A stretch of 64,000 nucleotides of DNA from Adineta vaga (lineage: Eukaryota; Animalia; Rotifera). Numbering within the stretch: the stretch's first letter is position 1; each line of letters starts with the position of its first letter. Positions 52,263 through 64,000 of this stretch are shown here, in pieces. The notes under the pieces were generated by a model. That model did no database searches and was not told where the DNA came from. It saw only the letters and a program-made list of their open reading frames with translations. Both the position numbers and the translations under genes were made by a program. Location of the stretch: contig CP075495.1 in assembly GCA_021613535.1 (NCBI GenBank), positions 15,128,001 through 15,192,000 on the forward strand. Direction: 5' to 3'.

Positions 52263-53618
52263 ATGAAATATATTGACACAAAGACTCAAAATCATATTTT
52301 ACTGAATGTGATGCGTGTCTTTTCCATTCGTCGTTTATTGTTCTTATTTATAATAATTTTTAGTTTTACTATTTATTTGTTTTACGAAAGAACTCCTTTG
52401 ATCAAACCACAAAAGCTTCATTATTTTTCACCATCAGATGATATTGATTTATCACTCAAACAATTCTTTGAGCCTTCAAGTACATTAGAAGACATTCAGA
52501 TTTATTGGAATAAATTAATAGAAATTTGGAGGAAGATCTTAGTGAAATTTCTTATCGATGGATGCCATCTTTGTCATAATAATATTTATATTCAATGTTA
52601 TAATTCAACGGATATTCAACTTTATATCTTTTATATTAATAATTCATTTTATCCAAGTAATCAAAATACTCGACTAGACGGAATAGGTTTATATTATAGA
52701 TTTGATTTGAAATTATTGCGTTCCTTGAATAATTCAATTCTTTCAACAGATGTTAATCTTTGTGATTATTTTCATATGATGCAATTATTAATCCATGTTC
52801 AAACTATTCTTCATGAATTACAAATTAAATATTTTATGACAAAAGGAACATTTATTGGTTCACTTCGACATCATGATATCATACTACGGGATACAGATAT
52901 TGATTTATTTATTCCTCAAGCATCTGTTTTTAAACTTAAACGATCTTTTGAACAACAAAACAAATTTATAAATGTAGATGAAAATGATCATTTCATCAAT
53001 ACCAATGAATCAAAGTAAATATTCAACGGTTGAAGTTTTATACAAAAAAGAATAGTTTATTTTAGTACACCATTGTATCGACAAGATCTTGTTGTTTATC
53101 AATATCGAAATACACGTCGAGTAACATCATATAAGATTTTTTCTATTTATTCATCTCTTATTGATGGAACACATTATCGATGGCCCAAAATTGATATGTT
53201 TCCTTATCAACAAAATCGTACACATGTATTTGAGTTTCCTCGACATGATCATAATCTTGGTACAATGAAATATCTATCAATAACTGATCTTGAACCTTTC
53301 CATTTGCGACTATTAGGACCGCTTTTAATCCCAAGTCCTCGACATCTTCTTTCATCGCTGAGAGCTATGATTCAATTAGCAAAAGCAAATGTATTTGTCG
53401 CATGTGAAGGCAATAAATTTCTTCTTCGTCAAAATCGTCCATCTACTGAATCATGGCGTGTTCCTTGTCGAGTACTTACTCCATCATATCCTTTTGTCAA
53501 AAGTGATTATGATCCAAATAATAAATTATGTACGGAATCAATTATTTTCAATAATAGAACTAATCTTAGTTCATATATGTATAAATGTAGTGAATATGTT
53601 CAACGGACGATGGATTGA
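52263..53618 (+). CDS. LicD/fukutin-related phosphotransferase, type II membrane; intron 53015-53065
   Basis: N-terminal TM; 'GTFIGSLRHHDIILRDTDIDL'; 'WPKIDMFPY'. The start could also be 52311. Confidence 0.8.
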
Positions 53619-54215
53619 TCGATGATGAAACTAATTAAAAGCACGTTTTATAAAGCTTCTTATTTTGTATACTTAAATCCATTCTTTAATAAATAAATAA
53701 AAGGAAATTGTACTCAAAAAACATTTTTGTTATAGTCTTTGTACAAGAAAGAAGTGAACATTTTACATTTATGTCAATGTTCTTTGTTTTTATTCCGTTA
53801 TTTCATCCATCGGTGACATGAATATATAATGAATTGTTGAGAAAGAAGCAAAATATTCTTTGTATCTTCGTACAAATTTTCTAGGTCATTTCAATAATGT
53901 GTAAATGGAAAGGATGATGATACTTTGTCTGCAAGACAAGCTTCAGTTTTTAGAGGCTTCTTGGCTATGCGTCAAAATTCTATATTGAATATTTTTTAAT
54001 TTGAAAATAAAAATACTAAAACAAATTGAATATTTTCTATGGTTTTCTTATTACGAATAAAACAAAACTTCTTCTTTCTATTTTTCAGAGATATTCATCA
54101 TATAATTTCAAAAACACGATTCTAGTGAGTATAAAAGTAACTTATATATCCTATCTATTCATTCGTATTGATGAAATAATATTGATTATAAACATTACTT
54201 TCTTTCAGATTAAAA

Positions 54216-57167
54216 ATGATCAATCTGTTCTTCTATTTTATCATTGTTTCTTCTTTTTCTACTGTGTATGCGAATCATTTTTATGGAGGAACAGTCAGTT
54301 GGAAACCAATGAATAATACAGATTTCAGTCTAACACTTCCTATAATGTTCACACAATCTTATCAATGGCGTCGAACACAAACATATTGTGATCAAACCTT
54401 TATTGGAAACCAAACAAGAAAAATTCCGATGAATGGAGATAAACTTCAATGTGTTACAAATTCATCTTTGTGTGGAAACTATGCACCATTAAGTGTCAAT
54501 GGATATTGTACTGATTTTAGTACATTTATTGATACAAGTTCAAGTCAAATATCAAATATAGAAACAATTACAATGGATTCAAAATTTTGTGTTGCTTATC
54601 AAGGTTCAACATGGCCAGGTATCATATCATCTAAATGTGGTTTTAGTTGTTATTTGGATAATGCAAGATGGTCACTTGGTTGTTGTATCGATTTGACAAC
54701 ACGAGAAGATGGTTTCATTAATACAGCACCAGTTGCAACAGTTATTTCACGTATATTTCTATACTTTTATGTGATGAATATATTCTACGTTATCTATTTT
54801 AGCTATTTGTGTACCACCAAATACCATAAATACTATCACTATTCCTGTTACAGATGCTGATGATGATGTTTTACGGTAGGATGATTGGTTTATTTTAAAA
54901 TTTTTCATGTTTTGTTTTTAATTGTAGTTGTCGTTGGGCAAGTAATATTTCAATATTCGATGAATGTGGTGATATTTGCGGAATAGTTCCTGGAAGTACA
55001 CTTTATGAAGAGAATTGTACACTTGTATTTGATAGTACGGGAAAACAACCAGGAGATTATTATGCTGTAGCATTAATGGTTGAAGATTTCTATAATGATA
55101 CAAATAGTACAGCATTAAGTAGTGTTTCGATACAATTCTTAATTCGTATTGTTGCTGGACCATCATGTTATTTCAAACCAATAATTACTTTAAATTCATC
55201 AATAAATTCTACTTTAAAAGTTGGAACAAATTATTCACTTGTTTTTACAATCAGTACGAATTGTTCAGGTGTATCGATTGTTGATTATTTTCGATCTCCT
55301 TTATTAAATATGCGAAAAAGTAATTTAACATTCGATGCAATTAATAATCTATGGATTATTACTGAAACATGGATGCCAAATGCAGAACAAGTAGGTTCTC
55401 AAATTTATTGTGCTGTTGCAACTGATAGGTATTTGTATTGAATGATATTAAAGTAAATATCTTCGTTATTCTTTCTCGTAGTGTTTCAATTCAATCAGAT
55501 TTATATTGTATAAAATTTACTATAACTTCAACTTATGATGATGAAGATGAAGATGAAGATAATTCTAACAATACAGGAGGGTAAGATAGATGATCACTTG
55601 TCAATAATTTTTATCTATTGATAACTTTTTTTTCTTTATATATAGACCTCCCAATGGCTACTCGTATGATCTTATTGTTTTATTATATCATTCTAATCTT
55701 TTATTTTTTAGTAATCAATATGGTGTCTCTAGTACAGCTTCTACTTCTGAATTGGCCACAACATTTGAAATTACAACAACTACATCAGAAACAACAACAA
55801 CAACTACTTCGGAAACGACAACAACCACATCAGAAACAACAACAACTACATCAGAAACAACAACAACTACTTCGGAAACAACAACAACTACGGAGACTAC
55901 TACAACTTCAACCGCATCAACATCAACTTCCGAAACTAGTTCGACTAGCACATCAAGTACATCGAGCTCATCGAGTACGTCACATCAACTTCTACAACCA
56001 GTTCGTCAAGCTCATCGAGCACATCGACATCGTCAACATCAACTTCTACAACGTCCACTACGGACACTACATCAACAACATCAACAACATCAACTACAAC
56101 GACTACAGAAACTACAACGTAAAATTTAACTCGTTCTTCAGTGTTCTTCATATACATTTTTTGCTATTTTAGAACAACAACATCGACGACGACAACTACG
56201 GCTCAAGAATCTGTAACTGTTATAGGTCTAAACATTCAATTTCATTGAAATCAATCTTTATATATTGTAAATCTTTTTTTTCAATTTAGTTACAATACCA
56301 GTTTCAACGAAAGATAACTCCGGATTATTAGGTTTAGGACTAGGACTTGGTTTACCTCTAGGTTTGGCTTTCATAGCTCTGACCGCATATGGCTTGTATC
56401 GTGGACCTGCTGCATTTTTAGGGTATGGCAATATTCTTTAGCTGATCGTTTTCTATAGATATCCTTTAAACTTTTAGTCAGATTTAAAATGTTTTTTTTA
56501 AATTGTTTTTAGGTTCGATTCAAATTACAAATTTTTTAATCGTCCTGCCAGTTCAATCAATCAAGTTGGTTCAATTGAAAAATTTCCTGATGATATAAAT
56601 GACAGTGTTAATTCTGAATATCATCATGAAGAAATCAATGAAATTCTATCAAATAAACAAACCAATATCCAAAGTCAAAATCTTAACAGTTCACAACCAT
56701 CATCAATTGATAATCAAATCAATAATCCTAGTCGTATTGAATCTTTATCAAACGAACAAACACTATCAACGAATGAACAACTACTTCCAAAAGGAAATTC
56801 TTTCACTACTATCTCAATATCTGATTTTGAACTTAATAATTTGGATAAAACACCATCACCACCACCACCACCATCAATTCAACCCTTACTTCCACCGCCA
56901 TCGGCTGATGAAACTGTTCGACAAGCACAAACACTCTCTCTGGATATGAATCAAAAACCACAAACACAAACATTTTCATTAGATATGAACTCAGCGCCGC
57001 CAACAAAAACAACAACACAAATGCTTTCAATAGACATGAATTCATTGCCATCAACACAAACATTAACAATGGACATGAATTCATCACAACCAAATGGTTC
57101 GGTTCTTGTCAATGCTTATTCTGATCAAGAAAAAGACAAATTTACCACTGTTCATCAACTCGCTTGA
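54216..57167 (+). CDS. Type I membrane protein: Cys-rich 'HFYGG' ectodomain, Thr/Ser mucin stalk, TM, Pro-rich tail; 1-nt frameshift at ~55982
   Basis: Signal peptide then 'NHFYGGTVSWKP'; 'INTAPVATVIS', 'DADDDVLRCRWA'; SETTTTT repeats; TM 'LLGLGLGLGLPLGLAFIALTAYGL' (56290-56422); tail repeats 'TQTLSLDMN'. Confidence 0.75.
55770..56118 (+). repeat. Coding ACA-rich mucin repeat (SETTTTT / STS)
   Basis: Tandem ~21-nt TCAGAAACAACAACAACTACA units followed by Ser/Thr-rich sequence. Confidence 0.8.
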
Positions 57168-57685
57168 AACAAAAGACTTGAATAATATTCATTTATTTTG
57201 CTATCTTCCTCTTCTTGATTTCTATATAAAAATAAAAATACTATAATCAATAACTCGGTCACTAAAACCTATGATGTCATGAACTATTCCAAAGTTCTTC
57301 TAGGTCAAATCTTGATGATAATAATAAAGAATTCTATGATACAGATACGCCCATAGAGAATTGATTCATTTCTACAGGTTTCATTTTTGTCCTTACATTT
57401 TTCTATTTGTTTTCTCGGTTTAATTATCATTCATCAACAATCTATTATCAAAAAAATCTACAGATTATCAACCAATTTCGAAGATATATGACATTGCTCG
57501 ATTTGAAAAAGATCTATGATAAAAAATCCTGTAACAATACAAATTTATAATTGAATTTTTTTTCTCCATATTTTATATTGAAAGCATCCTTTGAAATTCT
57601 TTCGTCTAATCAATTTTATGTTATATAGTTTATTTCGAATAAAACAACGTACAACGAAGAGAATAAAACTTTCTTATACTAATAA

Positions 57686-59044
57686 ATGTATATTCTTATT
57701 ATCTTATATTCTTTATCTGTAATCAAATCATATCCATTGTATGATAAATCGTCGATATCCAAATTAGTAATAAAAAGATCGATGGATGTATTTGTACCTG
57801 AATGGCGACGATCATCATGTGAGTTTAACAAAAAAAAATTCAATTGATTATTTTTCATGTACTTAGAGAATAGATTTTCATAACGATTTAACCAACACTG
57901 AACAAAGATCATTATATAGATTTGAAAGAGCTTTGATACAAAATGGTAAGATAAAAAGAAATGTAATAAAACTGTTCTCTCTTTTTTTGTTTTTTTCATA
58001 GGTTCAATTTTTATTGATTCAGAGAAAACAATTGGACTTTCAAACTTAGATTTGATTCTAGGTCTTGGATTGGGAATACCTCTTGTGTTAGTTTTTGCTA
58101 CATTGCTTATTTTTGGATGTTGTTGTCATCGTTTCAAATGTTTCAGGTTGGAATTAAGTTTCAATCAGAATTATCTTGATTAATAGAATGTCTCGTTTAG
58201 ATCTTGTCTTTCAAAGCTTTATAATTATGGTGATGATGACATGAAATCAAATCAAAACTTAGTCGATAATTCAAAAACTCAAAATAATTCTAGTTCTTCA
58301 AAAGATGTGAAGAATACCAAAAATTCGAAAAAAGTTATTCAACGTTCAATTACCACTGAAGAATATCTTTCTGGAAATAATTCTTCTGATAAAAAAGGTC
58401 TTAACATCGCTAAAGATACATATAAAAATGAAGATATGAAACTGGCAAACAATTCGAATAACAATAAAGGTCAACTATTTGACAATGAATCAATGAGCGA
58501 CAAGAATCGTACGCCTATTAATGAATCTAAAGATAACAAAAATTCTTCCGACGTTAACGAAATCGATGATAATACAGATAGTGGAATTACAAGTATTACA
58601 TCAAATGATAACAATACAACTGTTGATCTAACAGCGAAATCCTATGGAATCAAAGAACTTCGATTGGCATATGATTTAAACGATAATCAAGATCTTTCTA
58701 TGACCAATCAATTAAGAACTGTTAAGTTACTTCAATCTTTCGATGAAACAAATAATAATGAAAATATTACCGTTGAATCATATGACAACAAGATTGTCCA
58801 AAACGATGCAAGACCTATATCTCAAACCTCCACATCCACATCACTTTCGAATAATCAATCATCGACCATGAATATGACACGAACAACACTATTTTCGCCT
58901 TCTGTCAATGTTCTTCCAACAACCGATGTACAATATATAACAACAACATTTCCATCAGAAACTACAGATGTGAATAAACAAGATTCAATTCTTGTTCGTG
59001 CATATACGTTACAAAGAAATGACAAACTTGATTCGATATCATAA
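57686..59044 (+). CDS. Single-pass membrane protein with short ectodomain and long Asn/Ser/Thr-rich tail; exons 57686-57818, 57874-57945, 58002-58146, 58201-59044
   Basis: Signal peptide MYILIILYSLSVIKS; TM 'LILGLGLGIPLVLVFATLLIFGCCC'; splice phases 1,1,2 are consistent. Confidence 0.7.
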
Positions 59045-59142
59045 GAAATTTATTTTTAAATAAGAATAAATTGTGAGAAAAAAAAGTGAAATATACGATA
59101 AAATTTTTCTTATTCTCTAACTAATTGAATAAGCTGAATGTT

Positions 59143-59498
59143 TTAAAATAAACGCATTGGTGGAAATGGATCACTTAAACTTTTGACACAATAGTAGCGA
59201 TCGACTGCTCTTGCACCTAATGGTTCAAATGGTAATGGTGAGACGCCCATAAAACAAGTATTCCACGGATCTCTTGTATAACCACTACCTAAAAGTCGAT
59301 AATTCATTGATGGAACACCATCGATTATTCTTTCATTGTAACGAAATGAATCTCTTGAATAACCAAAATCAGGCCAATCTAAATGTGCCATGAGAAATAT
59401 TGACAAAATAATAAATCCAACTGTTGAGTATTTCAAATAACTATCGAATTGGGCATATAAATACCGGTAATTTGTGCAAATATTGACGTGAATTTCAT
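59143..59498 (-). CDS. Small secreted or membrane-anchored protein (~103 aa) of unknown function
   Basis: A 44-nt intron (59464-59421) joins MKFTSIFAQIT to VGFIILSIFLMA...; two Cys; AATAAA-like 3' region. Confidence 0.6.
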
Positions 59499-60239
59499 CT
59501 CATTATGTTATTGATTCTTTCGATCACCTGATAAAAAATCGATGAATAATACTGAGGCGAGTTACCGTATATAATATCTTATCAAAACTATGCATTAATA
59601 ATTAGATATAATATTCAACATGATTATGTAAACGAGATGGACTGATTCAAAGTACGAAACAATTTTATTTGTGTCAATGATTAATAAGACACTTTTTTTT
59701 CTCTAGCCTTGTTGATAATATAGGCAAAGTCGCTTCGAAAATCAATCCTTGTAGTTTAGATTAATTTTGACACAAACATACCGTTCATTGAGTTAGCACA
59801 TTTTCGAATGAATATAATATCATCATCATCATCATCTTCGACAATATTCAATGTGCTACGTATGAAACAAGGAAAAATATGTCATTAGAGACAAATAATA
59901 AGCTCCATAAAATAAAACATCAGTTCTGTATATTGATACAATTATAGTCAATTACAACATATGGTGTAAAACTTCACTGTACCAGCAAATATTCACAGCT
60001 GATTTGAAAAGTTTTTGGCAAGTATTATATTTTTGTTGTTGTATACGATTTAGAAAATATGTATGAAATTAAATTAATATGGAAACCTTTTCCCTGCGCT
60101 ATTCTGTTACAAACTTATGTAGTATCTGTTTTCCAACAAATTTTATTATCATTTATCCTTTTTTTATTGCTAATGAAAAGAACAAAACGAACGGTATAAG
60201 AAATAAGAACAACATTTATTAACAAAAGCTAATCATGCA

Positions 60240-60790
60240 AAAAACATATCATTAGCAAAATTGATGTAAATTTCAAGTCCTCAACGATTGTAGCTTTTTC
60301 TCCTTGAAATTTACGAATACTACCATAACTCAAACTGTTAATAATAATTGTGAAAATTGAAATATTCCAAGTAGAAAAGTTTGTGTTGGATCTATAGAAT
60401 TCGATAATATTGCTGTAATTATCGGCATACAAGCTAAAAGTGATACGGAGACTACTTCATTGAGTAGAATATGCATCAACATGGTGTTGTATATAGCCAT
60501 AAGATAACCAGTGTAACGTAAGTATTGTAAGTTTGTTTTAATATAACATGGCAATTGGAGTCAACTAATGCTTCAAATTGATTAATTCACGAATATTTCG
60601 GTATTAATTGATCATGAACACATACATTTTTATTTATATCTTGCACGAAAAATTTTGTTTCTTGGATCATGTGAAACGTTGGATTGTCAAGTAGTGTTTG
60701 TTTATCGTTGATAACGCCGTAAAAATACGCAGACACGAAACTGAAAAGACAAATTGCTACTGAGAAAAACCAAATGATAGTGTCAGACAT
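60240..60790 (-). pseudogene. Frameshifted multi-TM fragment, possibly a 7TM chemoreceptor remnant
   Basis: Hydrophobic segments spread over three frames with stops; truncated at 60790 by a TAGGCGGCGG...GGGGG TE-like end. Confidence 0.3.
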
Positions 60791-61770
60791 AGGCGGCGGA
60801 ACAAACTCAGTTTAGGGGAGGCTAAAAAAGATTCAGATAATGACGAAGGAGAGACAAAGAATTTGTAGCTAATTTTCAGAATTTTTCAATTTTAAGTCTC
60901 GCTAACACTGTGTTGCTTTATTACACGATTACTACAATATTTAGAATAGGCTGTCGAGCAATACATTAAAGTGACAAATAGATCTTGGTCATTTTTTGAC
61001 AAACAATACGACTGTCTCGGTTCCACATCATCTCTTCAAAAGTGTCCATTAATTCTAACTAAAACATAACAAAACAAAATGCAACGTTGTTGTGTTTTTT
61101 GTACAGATCCTCGATACAATCGAATTCGTGCAAGAAATGGTGAGAATCTTAAAAAGATCACGAGAAAAATCTCATCGTTAACATGATGAAACAGTCGAAC
61201 CGATTAATCAATTAGAACACGAAAATAAACAATCAATTGAAGGCATTCAAATCATGAAACCACGCTTTGACTATAATTATAAGATTTCTTTAATTCTTGT
61301 ATGATGTCCTCATCTAACACACGAAGGTGTTGTATGGATCCAGTAAAACCTACCATCGAAATGTGTTAAGAAAACTCGATTTTTTTATCTGCTTTACACT
61401 AGACAACGATGAATTGAAGGACTTGGATCATTACAGTTTAAGTGTGGACGCATTGGTATATGAAAGTAATTTTCAAAGAATAGATCATAATAACATTACT
61501 ATGTTGAAATATTATTAAAGAAAATACAGATTTCACTAGATGCTTAGATTTTCTTGCATACATTGATGTGGATATATATATGAATATTCATATAAGTCTC
61601 GAGACGATATTGAGAAGGTCCAAAACAAATAACAATCATCTGTATAACATGAAGGGTTGATACACTGTCAACTAATCTTTCATTATAATAGACATTTCAT
61701 GAATCTTTTGTATAACCAAAACCAGCCGAATTTTAAAATGTGCCATTTTGAAATCAATCGAACATACAAA

Positions 61771-61998
61771 TACTGGTAATTTGTGCAAATATTGATATGA
61801 TCTTAATCAGCTGATCAAAATAATACTAAGGTGAGTTGTGACCGTACATAATATATTATGAAAACTATGCATTGATAATGTATGTTGTTTTTTCATAAAA
61901 TTATTTACCTGTCTAGATCAAAAGTGATATTCTAATCAGCAGGTCAATCGTTAACACATTATCCAAACGAGTTGATTCGATTAGGTACGAAACAATTT
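61771..61998 (+). repeat. Diverged direct copy of 59462-59665 (exon 1 and upstream region of the small gene)
   Basis: Shared blocks GGTAATTTGTGCAAATATTGA, AAAACTATGCATT and GTACGAAACAATTT in the same order. Confidence 0.65.
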
Positions 61999-62187
61999 CA
62001 ATATATGTGAACAAGCAACATCTATCGAGCCAATTTTGTGTTCTGCCATTTTCAGTTTTTTTTTGTCATTTGACTCATTGATGACTGATATCATTGCACA
62101 ACAGAAAAAAAAAGTTGCACACGTGGCGTATCAGTGTTCTTGAAATGTATATAAATTCTTTTATCTATCGTCAGTTCTGTATTCAAA

Positions 62188-63439
62188 ATGTCGGTAACTG
62201 ATGAGAAAGATTTACATTCCACTACTGCATTTCCAGATTCTGATGGTTTTACAAAATCTTTTTCTATAGAACAAACGACGGAATTTGTAGATTTCTTTCA
62301 AAAATATGGATTTGTCGTTATACGTGATATTATTGATTCAAAATTACAAATTGAAGATACAATTAATGAAATTTGGGATTTACTTCGAGTATTAAATCCC
62401 AAAATCAATAAAAATGATAGTTCAACATGGGAAAATACATACTGGCCAATTCAAATGGGTCTTAAAGATGGTGGTTTTATATCACATATGTCTGATGTTG
62501 CAACAAAAATGTGTTGGCAAAATCGACAACATCCAAATATTGTTAAATTATTTCAAATTCTTCTTCAACGAGATGATATTTGGGTTAAATTTGATCGCTA
62601 TGGAATGATGAGACCAACAAAAGGTATTACCTTCAAAAATCCTGACGACGGATCAAACACAATCGAAGATCGATCTGAATGGCGTTCAAAACCGAATTGG
62701 TAGGACCATTGTATTCTTTTTTTTTTTTATTCAAAATAATTTCTTTGTTTACTTCAGGTTGCATTGGGATCAAGTAAGTACAGATAATTGATACTTTTAG
62801 AATATTCATCAATATCTATTTTGAAAGAATCCTTGGAAATATCCAGATTTTATGGGTATACAAGGTCTCTTAGCATTGAGTGATACAAATCCAAATACAG
62901 GCGGTAAATATTCTTTCAAATCCACGTTCTTTTCGGCTTATTATTTTCTATGTTGTAAATAGGATTTCATTGTGTTCCTGGATTTACTCATCGTTTCAAA
63001 CAATGGTCAATTGATAATGAAAAAATGCATCGATCTCGCGGTGGACTTGTTAATGTTCCAACAGATGATCCTATACGAAGTGAAGTTAAACAAATTCATG
63101 TTCGAAAAGGTTCTTTTATTGCTTGGGATTCACGATTACCTCATGGTAAACAATGAGAATTCTTTTCTTTTAAAATAAAAATGAGTTTATTTAGGAAATT
63201 TTCCCAATGAAAATAATCAATTTCGTATTGTTCAATATATTGCATTTGAATCAGCAAAAGAAGATGATGAACGTGAATTAATAAGTCGAATCGATGCACT
63301 TCATATGCGTCAACTTAGTTCAAAAGCTGCTGAACAACTTGAAGGATTTCCTGAACCACAATTAACAGAATTAGGTGAAAAGATTATTGGAATTCGAAAT
63401 TGGAAAACCAATGAAAAAGTGAAAAGTTCTTTTGAATAA
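62188..63439 (+). CDS. Phytanoyl-CoA dioxygenase (PhyH)-family Fe/2OG enzyme; exons 62188-62699, 62758-62773, 62828-62903, 62963-63145, 63195-63439
   Basis: 'FFQKYGFVVIRD', 'WLHWDQNPW', 'QGLLALSD...GGFHCVPGF', 'WDSRLPHGNFPN...RIVQY'. Confidence 0.85.
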
Positions 63440-63462
63440 GGAAAAAAAGAGTTTTATTTTAA

Positions 63463-64000
63463 TTATTTGTAATTTATAATGACAAGTATCAATATAACAA
63501 TAATAATAAGAATAAAAACGATATAAAACCATGGTTTCATAGTTGATGATGAATGAAGAATTTTTGATTCTTCTTCATTTATTTTTTTAATTTGTTCGAG
63601 ATTTATACCAGTTGCAAATAATCTCAATGCTTGATGATGAGCACGAATTGTTATTTCTTTTGCTTCTAGTAATTCACCATCACATGCCCAATTACCAAGT
63701 TCTTTTTCTTGATTAATAATTGGATGAAGACATACTTCCGTTGCTCGAAATCGTTCGACAGTGGACAATCGTTCGATTGCTCCGCTATTATTTGCTATAT
63801 GATGAAGAAAACGAAGAAATTGTAAACGCCATGAATGTTTCACAAGAATAACATCAAATGAACCATCAGCTGAAAAGAGAAATATTATATTTCTGGGGAA
63901 GACATCAAAGTAAGTTTATATACCTAAATGAACAGTTGGAGACATGCCAAATTTACTTTTGTCACAACGACAAGGCATATTAAGACAAATAATTGTTTCA
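63463..64000 (-). CDS. cerk: Ceramide kinase, 3' end (partial); intron 63923-63870
   Basis: 'MPCRCDKSKFGMSPTVHLADGSFDVILVKHSWRLQFLRFL...VERFRA...WACDGELL...IRAHHQALRLFATGI' matches the CERK C-terminal lobe. Confidence 0.8.

Noticed and set aside
58002-59044. Purely an alternative 3' end of the mucin-stalk gene
   Set aside because: It has its own in-phase upstream exons with a signal peptide (ATG 57686), so an independent gene is simpler.
1-64000. Prokaryotic operons, rRNA/tRNA genes, or an alternative genetic code (TGA=Trp)
   Set aside because: Spliceosomal introns occur throughout; no structured RNA gene was recognised; Trp is TGG elsewhere and TGA terminates other genes (e.g. 53618, 57167).

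Overview
AT-rich eukaryotic DNA with dense 45-60 nt GT-AG introns. The gene families present (ART-TPR, DED-jacalin, a divergent Argonaute, bacterial-type AlkD and EEP genes) point to a bdelloid rotifer (Adineta/Rotaria-like); this is an inference. Conserved genes flank the window: a long DNHD1-like dynein heavy chain (1-11.6 kb, 5' end outside the window), and mind bomb 2, a LicD transferase, a PhyH dioxygenase and the 3' end of ceramide kinase (48-64 kb). Between them (13-47 kb) is a duplication- and transposon-rich accessory block with a defence/stress character. It holds an 11-mer-repeat hydrophilic protein, two [ADP-ribosyltransferase-TPR -><- WAP] cassettes with a homogenised core, a DD37D (maT) transposon whose left end is an inverted copy of its 3' coding end, CCC-terminal elements with 2-bp TSDs, a head-to-head AlkD/EEP pair, a gene palindrome, and a non-slicer Argonaute with one nonsense codon. 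The best candidate for an undescribed system is a tandem pair of genes with death-effector-domain / transmembrane / jacalin-lectin architecture, i.e. putative glycan-sensing receptors carrying their own DED. All exon models were reconstructed by eye and no database searches were run.
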